From Diadema antillarum (lineage: Eukaryota), in contig NW_027271377.1 in NCBI RefSeq assembly GCF_040938485.1, forward strand, positions 434,001-498,000: a stretch of 64,000 nt of DNA, given 5' to 3'. The position numbers were made by a program, and so were the translations under genes. The notes under the pieces are model-generated. The model was not told the origin of the DNA. It was given only the letters and a program-made list of their open reading frames with translations, and searched no databases. This document shows positions 19,826-33,340 of the stretch, piece after piece (the first letter of the stretch is position 1; the number at the start of each line of letters is the position of its first letter).

Positions 19826-22800
19826 TTAGAAAGTGGGCAGTGATTATGCAAAGAGACACGAGTCAATTGTCTTTCTGTCTGCGTGGCAGATCTTGTTTGG
19901 CACATGCTCTAAATATTTTTGTGCGACGGCATCGAACATCTAGCAAAGGAAATAAGACGGTTGTGACTCCATTCTCTTGAACCTCCTTGGCTATACTTTG
20001 TGTCCCTGGGTTGCGACACTGATGCGATTGTATCAATTCAGCAATAATTATCCCGTTCGGTACAGGAACCTGGTGGCCTGTGTATTGGGATTGCAAAATT
20101 CAGTATGGAACAGCTTAATTAATTTATAGGTCAGTCAATCAGTTAGTCAATCCGTCAGTCCGTCTCTTTCGTGGAAATAATTGTGTTAGGGCATACCACT
20201 GTTATCACAGATCCGGTTCGTTTTAAAAAGAGTAACTCATTAATTTTACTTTCAACAATGCTGCTATTCATGTCATTGGTCGGATCAGTAACGCATCCGC
20301 AAAGCGTATAGGTTTCCTACGTCTACAAACGTGTTTCAGTAGTGAATAACGGCGACTTGGTCATCAGGGGGATTTGTGAATTGATGTTGCTGAAAGAAAT
20401 GGAGTAGGTTTCCCAGGGACATTAGTGTGAAAGGAATGCAGATATAAGTAGACGTAGAACTTTACATGCAAGAGAACTCCACAAAACAGCTGCCGATCGA
20501 GCCGTGATGGAAGTGTTAGCGGGGCGGGTAATGAGGCAGCGGTCCGTATTTCACGCGCCGGCTTTCTCCGCAGCATTTCCGCCAGGTTGGCTACTTTGTC
20601 GAACAATTTGGCAAAGTCAACACAGATTTCCTCGTGAATGCTAATTTTGTCCGTGTTTTTTTCCTTCATTCCACGCCGCGCAAAGTTCAGATGAACTCCT
20701 ACTGGACACCGAAAAGTTCTTACCTTAATACCCGTCAACGTTTACCGATGGTCAGAAAAAATAAACTTACGTGCAATCATTATTTCTTTTTTTTTCGCGA
20801 TTGAATCAATTCCATTTTCTCCGTTGTGGTCTTTCATTTTGGCATTCTGCAATTATTTTGGGGTATGTCAAGGCGCGGGGGCTTGAAAAGCATTCCAATA
20901 TCGATAATTTTCCTCAATTAAACGCTTTTTGGGTGAAATTCCCGATTTCGATACATTTGCAGCTTCCTTTCATGCCGTTATACTTTCATATCAACTTACA
21001 ATGCGTTATTTCACGACACTCAATTTTACTCGAAATTCACCGACACAACATTAAGAGAGACTGAGACAGGCTTTAGACATTTTCTTTTTTTTTATGTAGA
21101 TGAAAATAGATGTCATTGTTCGACTTATTGTTTGAGCGTTTTCGTGCACAGATCCAAAACTGCGTAAGTAGATTAGTGCGTTTCCATGTTTGAACGCAAA
21201 TTTCAACAGCGATTGAATTGCAATGGCAGCAGGCTGTCCGAAAAAAAGAAGAAAGAAAGAATTGAGAGTAAATAAAATTATATATATTTATATTTTGATG
21301 CCTGATGAAATGAAGAATCGCAATGGGTATATCATAGCACGACAATTCTCGTAAGGTTTGATCACCGCATTCATTGAAACACTTCCTATCATATGAACAA
21401 GTATTAAGTGTGTATATGTTGTTGGAGCAATAATAGAACTTACACCGGTTGCTTCCCACTTAATAGTATTGGCAATTAAGAAAGATCGTCATCATCATCA
21501 TGTACATAGCAAGCTGAATAGCACTGTACAGTATTCGGTGTGAACTATCCGCTTTGTTTTGCGCCTTCGTTGAGATGAAGTAAAATATACAAGGTGGAAA
21601 AGATTCCAGTAAGCCAGTTCACAGTTACAATCTGAGCGTATGCAGATAAAGGTCATGGCAGACCTGAATTCTCTTCAAATTGACCTGTAACTAAGGTACA
21701 CGTATTTGACTGATTGTGGGTCTTCATAAAAACTACAAATATTCATGTATAGGAGGTCAATGTGTATTCTTAGTGAATTAACAAAAGACATTCATGCAGC
21801 AGTTAACACGTAAATTTGTGCCACTTTCTGCTCGGCTGTTTTCAGCTGCTCTTCGAAAAGATTATTTCATGTTTTTGTAAAGTCTGTGGTTGCAGATGTT
21901 ATTGCAGACTATAGTGCTAACTGTGAACTGGCTTATATAGGAACGTACGTCGTACTTCCCTTGAGCCAGAGCTCATTGTGCAACTTCAATCGTTATCGGT
22001 CGAAGTACGTATGTGTGTGTGTGTGTGTGTGTGTTTCTGTTTTGCTAGGTTTTTTTTTTTTTTGTTTGTTTTTTTGCTCATGCTTATTTCATTCATGGAA
22101 GCTTTTGGAGATTATCCAAAGGCATTTAATGCTTGATTTTTGTTTGTCTTTTTTTTTTCAGAGCCTCATAAGAAATTGAACGCTGCCGTATAAATTTGCT
22201 TGGAATGTCCAAAGCGCGGTAAACTAGATTTCGTTTAGACGGTTAATACATTGCATTTTTGTAGCGGTTTTTTTTTTCTTCAAATTTCCGTTGCTTTTGC
22301 GACTGTAATGTGTCAGTTACGTTTAATGATATCAAAGGCAGTCAGACTGTACTGGCCGTATAGGTTTAACACGCCTCCACAGTCCTGTTTATACATGATA
22401 CAGATTGAGATGACCACGACTGACCTTTCGAATGGGTCGAATCATGTAATCCTCCAAGTGATTAAAAAAAATCCAGTGGGCAGCTGTCTGCAGAATTTGC
22501 TCATGGCTGGACTACGGAATTAATATGAATATTGACTCCAAACATTAATTTTCTGACTCAATGTATAGGATCCGTTTGCGCTAGTGTTCTGTGCTTTAAT
22601 AGTCTTAAGAGTTAAAGCTCAGACGTACCTATATCAGTAACCATGTGGTGTCACCACGCATAGAATATATCAGTTTTGTTTTTCTTCTCAAAATAATTTT
22701 ATATCCTGTAGGACGCCCTCTGTGTTGCACTGTATACCTTTGATCCTGCTAGGGTGAGGGCGTGCACACAAATCCTTGGAAATTCACAAATCATTGCACT

Positions 22801-24333
22801 TGCCATTTCGTTTACGAAATTGTCGGCTAACTGCGGTGACGCCATAATGAGAGACTTGCCGCAGGCCACATTAGTATTGTTTCGTACAAAACTCGTATTT
22901 TCAAATAGAAGATTATGATAACTGATATTGTATTGCGCAGGCTGGTCTTGCTGTTTTATGTTTACGCTTCTTGTATTTTTTTGTTGTTTATGTTATTGGT
23001 TTCTTTAAGCACTGTTCACACAGGACATGGTGTCAGGATGGTTTGTTCATGACTTCAACAGCTCATTGTTAACAGGGCTCAGGCTACTTAATAATTTGCG
23101 GACATGTAGACAAACGCCTTTAGTGAATTGGCGACTGAGATCATCGGATATTCAGATGTGTCGGTTGAACCTTCCCCCATGCATACCTATTGAATCATTT
23201 GTCGGGGGGGGGGGGGTTATTGAAACTTTTTTTTTTTTTAGGTGGTAAAAAATTTGTGCTGCCTACTTTGCTGTGGTGGATACTAACAAGCCAAAGAGAG
23301 ATACGGAGTACGGAGAGAGAGAATGGTATAAGTTAGTGGGCACCATTAACGGTTGTGTCGAATGTCTTTTACCACAGACTCTTTCGACACGCAAAGTATT
23401 CATATACTATGTATGGATAGTATGAGCATGCCCTACTAAGTTACTTGTGTAGGACGCACTAGTAGGAGGCCATTCAGACACGATACGTCACATGACTACA
23501 CGCTATGTAACTGGTACCCATACCTCCTTTATCCGAACTCCGTTGAGTTTATTTAGTGTTATGTATATTTTCCGCTTGCGGACGTCAAACATCCTCACGT
23601 CGTTTATCCATACGAAAATTTGCCAATCTCGGATGAGAACGCCGCTCATGCACACAGTCGACGGAGTTGTGTGCTAAACATTGCATGTGATCAGTGCTTT
23701 TCTATTTATCGCTTTTGCCCAACCTTAATGAAATTTAATGTCTTGTCGTGTGTTAAAGCCAGTAAGAAGCAGCCTATGTTTGTTGATTTTGTCATGTTAA
23801 GAAGGAACAATTCCATCGATATGAATTTTAGTGTACACAATTTTTATAGAACCATTCGATATTCAATAATAATTGTCGGAGATGGATTTTTCATGTGGTA
23901 TCTACGTTTGCTTCAATTTCTTGGCTCATTTAATTATTGAGGACTGCCTAATTATAAACAGATGTTAATACCTGAATTCAAGTGTATCATTTATGTTGAA
24001 CGTGGTGTACACCTATAACATTTTCAGCGTTGTAATAAACAAATACAAGATCATAAATCAAGGGCTGTCTTTTAGTTTTCAATTGCTTGGATGTCGTCAA
24101 AGTACCGCACCGTACCGTACCCAGTATCGTATGTCGATGGTATGGCGAAATGATAGATTAACCCTTTCTACCATACACTTTGATTCCCTATTCCCACCAT
24201 ATTGTCAGATTTCCAGTTGAGATTATTATGTTATAATCGGCTTCTTCCTCATTTTGAATATGTCGTTTTGCGCAGTTGAGTATAGGCCGTGTATGATAAT
24301 ACATGGATGGGAATACATGGAAACTGCGCAATA

Positions 24334-24547
24334 NNNNNNNNNNNNNNNNNNNNNNNNNNNNNNNNNNNNNNNNNNNNNNNNNNNNNNNNNNNNNNNNNNN
24401 NNNNNNNNNNNNNNNNNNNNNNNNNNNNNNNNNNNNNNNNNNNNNNNNNNNNNNNNNNNNNNNNNNNNNNNNNNNNNNNNNNNNNNNNNNNNNNNNNNNN
24501 NNNNNNNNNNNNNNNNNNNNNNNNNNNNNNNNNNNNNNNNNNNNNNN
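24334..24547. other. Assembly gap (N run)
   Basis: Run of N. Confidence 1.
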
Positions 24548-26852
24548 TTATACTATTATTCACTTTGAACTCGTGCTGTAGAGTGTATCGTGGAATGTGT
24601 TTTTGAGCATGTTGTGACGATTGAGGAAAGGACCTGCGGAATTACAAACATAAATACACAGAGGGAATTCATATTAGAAAATGAAATTGAAGGAATGGAG
24701 TTATTGGTAGGCCTATATAAGGAATTAAAGGTTAACCGTTCGCTTCCTGGAACCAGACAAGCCATAGATTAGTCATAAACAAAATGCAATGTCTCGGAGA
24801 CAGTGGGTTAGCCGTAAAGAGAGGAAGGGCAAAGATTGATGTGGACAAAGATATAAATGAAGGATAAGAAGAGAACAGGAAAGAAAAGGTGAGATTGATC
24901 AGTTACCAGAGTGAATGTAACTACTAGAAATGGCAGGGTGGTTAAACAAGCAGTTCGTTTTCCAATGTCATTCATTGTGCTATAAACACAACAATATGGG
25001 GCCTATTACTTTATAGTGTTTTTTTTTTAAATAATGAATTCACAATGCAAATATTTGTATTCATTATGGTAAATATGTTTATTTTTATACATGTATTCAT
25101 TATTGTAAATATGCTTATTTTATACACATTCATTATTGTAGATATTATGTTCTTATTGGGACTCTCTTACTCGCGATCGGGGGTTGATAGAGTTTAATAA
25201 AAATCTTACAATCTTAAAGATTAGATTAATAAAAGATGTAATAGGAAGGGAGGAAGAAGGAAATCGATTTCTGAACTCAAATAACATGTAGTCAAAGACG
25301 TAGGCAAATCGTGTGGACAGATGAGAGAAGAGAAGGGGTAAAAAATAAATGAGGCAGGAACGGATGAGGAATAAAGGGAAGAGTTACAGCCAGAATGTAT
25401 AGTTTCCCCTAGGTTCAGAATCCATCTTCCACCATTTTGAATTGGCTCACAATACATCCAAATGGTCTACCAAGAAACCTCTCTGGCTGACGCGATTTGC
25501 CAGGAAAATTAGTTGTTTTTGGGGTACATTTTGAGACTGAATGTTTAGAATATTTCGATCGTAATGAATGTCACTTTTATTCCTGAAGCGCCCTTCCCAT
25601 TCAGTACAGTGGGAAGTGTATAGAACGTTACGCGATGACCGATCTTGCGCGTGCAATCGTATTTTCCAACAAGCTGCGTGAAATTCGCTGTAGCATAAAG
25701 ATCGGTGGACACTGCTGTGGCGCGATTTCAGGTTGGATAAACTGTATCGATAATCAATTATTTAAAAAAAAAGGGAATAATGCTCTGATACTGTAGTACT
25801 TTCGACGAACCTTTTAGGTTAATATTTTCGTCGGTACCCAATTGACATCGTATTATTATTGCATCATTTTACACGTGTATTATTATTATAACTATATAAT
25901 GGTTCCCTTTAAAAACTTTTAGTGACGAGAGAGAAGGAACAACTGCTTGATCATCATTGAAAAAAGGGCGTCCGAGAGGAGAGGAGGTAGATATATGCAG
26001 TGGAAGCATTAAATGGAAAGAGAAATAGAGATTGATATGGGAGAGACATCGATTTGAGTGATGGAGTGAAGTAGGAATAGCAGAATTGCCAAGACAGGAA
26101 AGGAAATGGAGATCCATGTCTCACGAAGTAATCGGATAAAAACGGGGAGAGGACATGAATTAGCGGGGACTGTATGGTTAGAGTAGTCATATCGAAGTGT
26201 GTGGGATTCTATGATAGTGAACAAGATTATAGGGTTGTAATAAAAAGAAGAAGAAAGAACTGGAGGAGCGAATAACGAGGCGCGAAGAGGAAGATAAAAC
26301 AAGCCTACAGACACAATAGACAAGCGAAAATCGCAGAAAATGCGCCCCATTTGATAACGAAATGGTATAATCAATTCTGCATTTAGGAATTGGATATCTA
26401 AACAAGTTGGCAGTCTGCGTAAAAGCTGCGAAGATGGCATTCATTTATTTTAAAGGCTATTGTGTTGTTAGTATCATTATAATTTTATCAGTATTATTAC
26501 TATGCTGTTTTGATTTAGTGCTATAAAGTGCTGAATACGTACACTTCTCACAGAGTAATAATCGCTTCGTGTCACTGGGCAATGCTGGGCATGTGGGCTT
26601 GTGAAAGTGAACATTGACGATAATGTTGATAGAACTTAAGTTTGATAAAGGCCTACTGGAAGGTACTCTTGACTGCAATCTACATGGTAATAGTAGTAAT
26701 TTGTAGATAAAGTAAAACAGATGCTTACATTTCCATTTTCCTGAAAAAAATAGAAAAAAAACTCCCTCGTTTTGGATTGATATACTCTTGAACCTTAATA
26801 AGGTGTTTGACCAGTTTGTCACAAGTGTTATAATTAATCATCCAACTATATG

Positions 26853-26923
<71 letters not shown>

Positions 26924-29900
26924 ATAAATTCATTTCCAATCCGTTTCCAATCTTTGCCAAAATGCAGCATGCCTTATTACACACACATCAGAGGGACGAA
27001 TGATTCCACACACTGGCATGGTAATAGACTTCTTACGTAACACCTCCCCTCTCTCCATCCCTCTCTCCCTCTCTTTCACTTTGCATCTATCCCGTCATCT
27101 TTTCCTCACACAAAAAAATTCCCCTGCCTTCACAGATTTTTTGACGTGAGACATTCGGTTTTGCTGGAGGAAACATGCTATAGCGAGCATAACCTCCACC
27201 CCAAGCCACTGGCGACGGGCAGGGAACTCGGGGGGCCTTCGTCCTAAAGGGCTCCAGATCAAATTACGCGAGCATTTTACTGACGGAACACATCCTTTCA
27301 GAGATATTAAACTTTGCTTCCCCGAGAGCCGTTTCCTCTCATTCTTGTGCCGTTCTTTTACATCGTCGCCTCGCAGACCTGTTCTAAGTTTAGATTTGGC
27401 TGTAAGCAGCATATTTTGCACGCTATTTGTCCCGATAAAATCGATAAAATCGTGGAGTTACAAGACACGCACATCGCGCAGACAACCTGCAGAACACTCG
27501 TCGCCTAACGGGACAAAAGGTTTGAAAAATATTCGTGTGAATGCTAGAGGGAATAAAAAAAGAATAAGAAAGAGAGTGCGGGGGGGGGGAGGGTGGAGGA
27601 AAACGCACTTTGGGGACAAGGTATGACTTATGTGATTGGTAATTTCTCTCATTGATAAAAATTGCCCGAGTGCCCTTCAGTCATAGCACGAAATGTGTGG
27701 AATGATAGATCGAGTTTCCTCCAGTTTTCTGGTCGATACATTCCTGTAGTTGCACTTTGTTTCGCTGCATGACGATTTCTGCCCTCGAATTCTGTCTTCA
27801 AATGGCACTTAATCTGATAACTTCCGTAGGGAAAATAGGAAGAGAGCAATGTGAAATTTGAACTTTGTTTCTTTTGATCTTTAACACTTTCAGTACCATG
27901 GGCAACCTTTCTGTGTGTAATATCAATGACAGCTCGACTTGTTGGCCCTAAAGGGGTTAAACGACGTCCATTCTCTTTGTGTATGACCAAGTTTCAATTT
28001 ATTCTACTTTACTCCATAGGTCAAATGCAATCAAACTTAAGCAACTCCCAAATGTTGTTTTCCATAGACTTTAGAATCTGATAATACACACAAAAATATA
28101 TTCGCGCAAAAATGGATTACAGTTCGTTATTCCAAAGGTTCGTTACCCCGAAAATGAATAACGGAAGTTTTCAATCTCTTTTTTTTTTTTAAACTGATTC
28201 AGATTCAAAGGGGGCTATCGAAGAGCTTTTGTGTAGTTATTGTAACTCAGAAATTTTGGATCAGGCGGCTGTTGCGTTCTGCAATGAAACTCTTCATAGA
28301 GCGCTCAACACTCTCTTGGGAGTTACATTTTCCCCTCGAGACAAAATTTCCTTAGATATTATTTCACTTGAGGAAAAATAACGGTTAAGTGAAGTCTTAT
28401 ATCACACATCTAATAAGCAATGATAATTATGCAGCATGCCATAAGAAAAAGTAGACCAATCAGAAACTAGGTTAACGGCTAGTACTGGTTAGTATAACAG
28501 CGAGTAATTAAGTACAATGTACATTATTTTTGATCTATCCGTCCTTACACGCCACATCAATGGCCATTTACCTATCGTAAATTATTCTGTATTTTCCATC
28601 CACGTTTGTTATATGAAGAGCTTGCTTCCAAAAGGCGCTAAATCCATTGAAAAAAATGATGGATTTAGCGCATTTTGGAAGCAAGCTCTTCATATGATGT
28701 CATACTGTAAATCATAATGTAAATAACAGGGAGTTTTATATCAAACTGATATTCATTTGTCACATGTGTATTCAATAGTGAACCGTGATGTGTAGCCGGC
28801 CTATATACATCCATACCTTATCGGTGTATTTCACCCGTGGATGTATTTCCCAGTTTAGCTTCATTGTTTATAGTAATCTTTTGTTTAGGGGATTAATGGA
28901 AAGTTATTAAAGTACAGGAAGGGAGCACCATCAGAGTATAAACATAGGAAGACCTGATCGTCGAATATACTGTTGCAAACACAACTAGCAGTGATTGTGG
29001 CATTATGTGAGCTTGTCTTGCCCTGTGCTTTCATTCAGTGTTGCATAACGTGTGAATTTAATATGATCATTGATATGTCATGATTCAGGGAATATGTGTT
29101 TCTTTTTGTTTAAAGGCTATGTTCACCGGCAATCTGAACAACCTGAAATTTCCTCGTAATTTTATCACGTTACACAATCAAACCCCAACAAAATAAGAAT
29201 ACTATATAGGTATATATAGTGTTAAATGAAGTGAATCAATTATCATAATCCAGGGTCGACGCACCCGAGTGTGGTTTTACATTATGCTTAACTAGAATTT
29301 AAACCAGTGCGTGACAACCAGAGAGCAAAGTTGCAGCCTAGATTAAATTGTCTTTAAAACCTGCCAATCTCTTGATTTTATGGTAACGGTGTCAATAAAG
29401 TTGCACGGCACACTGTAAGCAGGGCGCTATCACAGCCGGAAATTCCAGGTCCCTGGCACGTTGCTTTTCGCGCCATTTATGCAGAGGGCGCGAAGCGAAT
29501 GCATTGACGTGAGAATTAAGCGTATAGTGGCATAAAACTTCCCAGAGTATTCAATAATCTACGGGCATTACACCCCCCACCCTGAAAAAAAGAAGAAAAA
29601 AAAAGATGCAAAGAGGGAAGACTTGGAAAAAAGACGAAGAAAACGGGGAAATGGGACTGGACAAGGCCATCTTGCGTCGCTCGATCCCGATGAGGCGCAG
29701 TCTTGGTCCCGACTCTCCAAGGACGGTTTTTTTTTCTTTTGTATCAGTAAAGAGAGCTGTTTTGTATTATTCTTCGACGACAAAGATCAACAATACTAGT
29801 TAGTTGTTATTCCTGTGATTTCCAAATCATGTACATTCACATCGATGCATGCACCAAGGGGGCTTCATGACACGAAACTCAACTGGAAGTTAATCATGAA

Positions 29901-31489
29901 AATATCAAGGGTAAACGAAGGAGAGAAATCGTTTTACTTTGTTATTCAGTTACGTGTAATTAGCAATGACGGTAAACTGTAGAGGACGGTATCTATCATA
30001 ATAGAGAATATACTGAACAGACAAAATAATGCGCGTAAGTAATGCGCGTTGGCAGCTTTTGTTTCCTTGTTCGTTCGTTTTTCTTCTCTACGTTGTCTTT
30101 TGTTTGATTTTCCAGGCCCTTTCACACCACGGCGGTTTATGGCGGTTCTAAACCACCATAGTTAATTTGTAATGTACACAGCAAGGAAAATGTACAGATT
30201 GTCAGAGAGAGAAAGAGGGGGGAGGGTAGGGAGAGGAAGAGATAGACTGAAGGGGAGGTAGAAAGACAGAGATAGAGGGGAGAGTTGGAGGATGATAGAA
30301 CATACAGATTAATCCCTGGAATATTGCGCGCAATTGAATCCCTTCACCCGACGGGCTAAAGTTGGCTTTGCATACATTGGGATAAAATCTTGAGCCACCT
30401 AATACCATCTTTACCTACTGCCAGTAATGAAAATCCTGAAAGTAAGAGAACGAATTGGCAGCCACCAAAGCTGAAGGAATTCTAATGGTCCTGAAAAAAA
30501 AAAACCCGAATAGTGTTACTATAATATCTGCGGCCTGAAGAAAGAGCCGTTCATGTTGGAAGCTAATTTATCGCTTAAAAGGTTTCAACAGCAATTAAGT
30601 GTATCAACAGAAGCTCTTTACCACCACTGTGAACTACCAAGTACAGATCATGTAGATGTTTCAGCTCAATGTATATCTGGAGAAAGGGAACAGTGCTGTT
30701 CAGCATGATATTATATACTCACTGTAGCTGCAGGGGAAAATAATCATGGAAATGTTCCTCTAGCACATTCTCAGCAAATTATAAGACTTGTGCCATGCGA
30801 ATGAAGTTTAGCACAAAGAAAAAAGATAATAAAACAGTAAGAGATGAAAATGCGGCCAGACGAGAAAAATGTAGAGGTGATCAGGTAACTTATCCCATCA
30901 TACCGAGGGATAAAGTTTTACCGCGCCTTACTAGCCGCAAGGTGCGGATATGCACAGCCTCAAAGTAGGTGATAGGTCTGCCCGTATTCACTTACGAACT
31001 TGCTCGATTTCCCTACATACTTCACATCATCGCATCTTTATCTAGCTCCGTATTTCTCTTGAACATCTCTAGGTGCCCTTTTGTTTCCTTAGTCATGATT
31101 TTTTTATCTTTTTATCTTCTTTTCTCTTTATGTCCTACTACTATTCCTCTGGTCACTCATCTGACCTGTTCGTATAATGCACAATACTATTTTTGTGTGC
31201 GCAGTCTTGGGAGGGCAGCCTGGACTGTCGCCCTGTCATTAGTCCACCCAGTGTAGAGTATGTCTTCATCTACGGTAGATAGATAGGAAACTGAGCACCA
31301 CGCCGATTTTCCGGGCAGAAGAAAATGAAGAAACAAATAAACAGACACATACACAAATGGTCAAACACGAAGTTTGGCAGATTCATGAACGCCCTGTCTG
31401 TGATTACACTTTCTTTTTATTACTCAGATTGTTGGCGACTCGACCAACACTTAATGGGTAGTAACGCATTCTTCACAAGATTGTTGGAT

Positions 31490-31700
31490 ATGACACAAAA
31501 TAGAGGTCCCGTGTGTGAGAAAGTCACAACTCCAACACGTAAAAGATCCCACTTTATCCATTTATCGCTGAAAAGCAGAGTGCATAACCCAATGAAGTGG
31601 TCCTCATCACATCCAACTGGACCCCATGGAAGACCAGCTATAGTCCAGCCGAATAAGGGCCATGCAGCCATCTTTTCAGATGGAAAATGATACAAAAAAA
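31490..31700 (+). mobile_element. Second copy of the Deu/Nin-domain SINE (5'-truncated)
   Basis: Shares GAGGTCCCGTGTGTGAGA, ACGTAAAAGATCCC, TCCAACTGGACCCCATGGAAGACCAGCT and GCCATCTT.TCAGATGGAAAATGA with 2365-2560. Confidence 0.8.
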
Positions 31701-32082
31701 ACATTAATGCTACAATTTTTCCGTATATGTACTGTTAAATCACATAGAATAATTTCGCTATATGTGTCCATTAAAATGGCAAATCTGTATACGTATTTTG
31801 ATGTGAGCAGATTAGAACTAAATCACTCTCACTTTTGAGTGTGATGATGATGACGATAATGATAGTCCATTAAATTCTTAAAACATCTTATATAATACAA
31901 CACCAATTTATTACAACACTTCTATTCAAGATGATACAAAATTCACAAGTGACTGGAGCTGCAGTCTGTCAAGTTTGTGCTGTAATAATCATGATTCATT
32001 AAAAAAAAAGAACTGGGAGTAACAGTACTTCAGACAGCCATTTTCATGAACACAGTATCATTTTATTTTAGACATATGTTAA

Positions 32083-32138
32083 AGGGATGGCGTAGTTTTG
32101 GTTGAGATGGGGCTTCGGGTTTCTAACTGTGTGTCTGT

Positions 32139-32190
<52 letters not shown>

Positions 32191-32498
32191 TAATGAGAAA
32201 CATCTTATGAAATGTGACAGACCATAATTATAACTCTAAGAGGAACTTAATGGCAGAGATATCTAAAACAAAGCGATCCTAGTAAAAGATGGGACCCACC
32301 TCTTATTGCGACCGCTGTGTTTTACAGTACTTCGTTTTGGGATATTTCAGCCATTTCAAAACCAATTTTCATCAAATAAACGTCGCATTCTTCTTATATA
32401 GTATCGTATGCTCTTTAAGTTTTCATACAGTGGTTTTTAAGTATTTCGCAAAAAGTTAAAAGTTGAATCCTCATCTCAACCAGTATTATACTATCCCG
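32083..32498. mobile_element. TTAA-flanked MITE (Kolobok-type), same family as 3314-4133, with an internal (GT)n
   Basis: TTAA at 32079-32082 and 32499-32502. Termini AGGGATGG..GGTTGAGATG / CATCTCAACC..CTATCCCG. Shares GGATATTTCAGCCATTTCAAAACCAATTTTCATCAAATAAA with 3965-4005. Confidence 0.8.
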
Positions 32499-32624
32499 TT
32501 AACAATTCATTGGATATAGGCTAAATAGCTGAATAGGTAGTGCGTTAAAGCGAGTAGTTAGTCAAGTCGACACCAAGACGCAAGAAGTAAGTTGAGACAT
32601 CCGGTAGGATGACAGGAAGACTCA

Positions 32625-33340
32625 ACGAATGAGTCAGTGGTCAAGGTAGAGGGTAGTCTCTTTAACGACTAGACGAAACGAGTGAGTCAATGTATGGGGT
32701 AGCCTAGTCAACGACTATACACAACGAGTGAGTCAAGGTAGGAAGTAGCCTATAGTCATCGACTATACACAATGAGTGAGTCAAGGTAGGAAGTAGCTAG
32801 CTAGTCAACGACTAGACACAACGAATGAGTCAAAGTAGGAAGTAGTCTAGTCAACGACTAGACACAACGAGTGAGTCAAGGTAGGAAGTAGCCTAGTCAA
32901 CGACTAGACACGAGTGAGTCAAGGTAGGAAGTAGCTAGCTAGTCAACGACTAGACACAACGAGTGAGTCAAGGTAGGAAGTAGCCTGGTCAACGACTAGA
33001 CACGAGTGAGTCAAAGTAGGAAGTAGTCTAGTCAACGACTAGACACAAAGAGTGAGTCAAGGTAGGAAGTAGTCTAGTCAACGAATAGACACAACGAGGA
33101 GTCAAGGTAGGAAGTAGTCTAGTCAACGAATAGACACAACGAGTGAGTCAAGGTAGGAAGTAGTCTAGTCAACGAATAGACACAACGAGTGAGTCAAGGT
33201 AGGAAGTAGTCTAGTCAACGAATAGACGCAGCAATTGAATCAGTTATATAGCAGGAGGCAGCCTGGCCTAGTCAACGACTAGACGCAACGAATGAGCCAA
33301 GGTAGGAAGAAGTCTTTTCAATGTCTAGACGCAACGAGCA
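32625..33340. repeat. Minisatellite, about 46-bp unit (43-50 bp), roughly 14 copies
   Basis: Consensus ACGAGTGAGTCAAGGTAGGAAGTAGTCTAGTCAACGACTAGACACA. The core (32720-33230) is homogeneous and the edge units are diverged. Confidence 0.95.

Noticed and set aside
19129-19980. Cluster of overlapping ORFs on both strands
   Set aside because: They derive from the CpG-rich interior of the Harbinger-type MITE; no DDE or Myb motifs.
24249-24606. ORFs spanning the N gap (likewise at 48775-49526)
   Set aside because: Artefacts of translating through unknown bases.
26009-26440. 143-aa hydrophobic minus-strand ORF
   Set aside because: Its composition follows from a pyrimidine-rich strand; I recognise no family motif and it has no clear exon boundaries.
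27880-27962. Tiny TTAA-flanked piggyBac-like element
   Set aside because: The termini are too diverged (CACTTT vs AAGGGG) to support a call.
32625-33340. CRISPR-like array
   Set aside because: The sequence between the hairpins is repeated rather than unique, the context is eukaryotic, and there are no cas genes.
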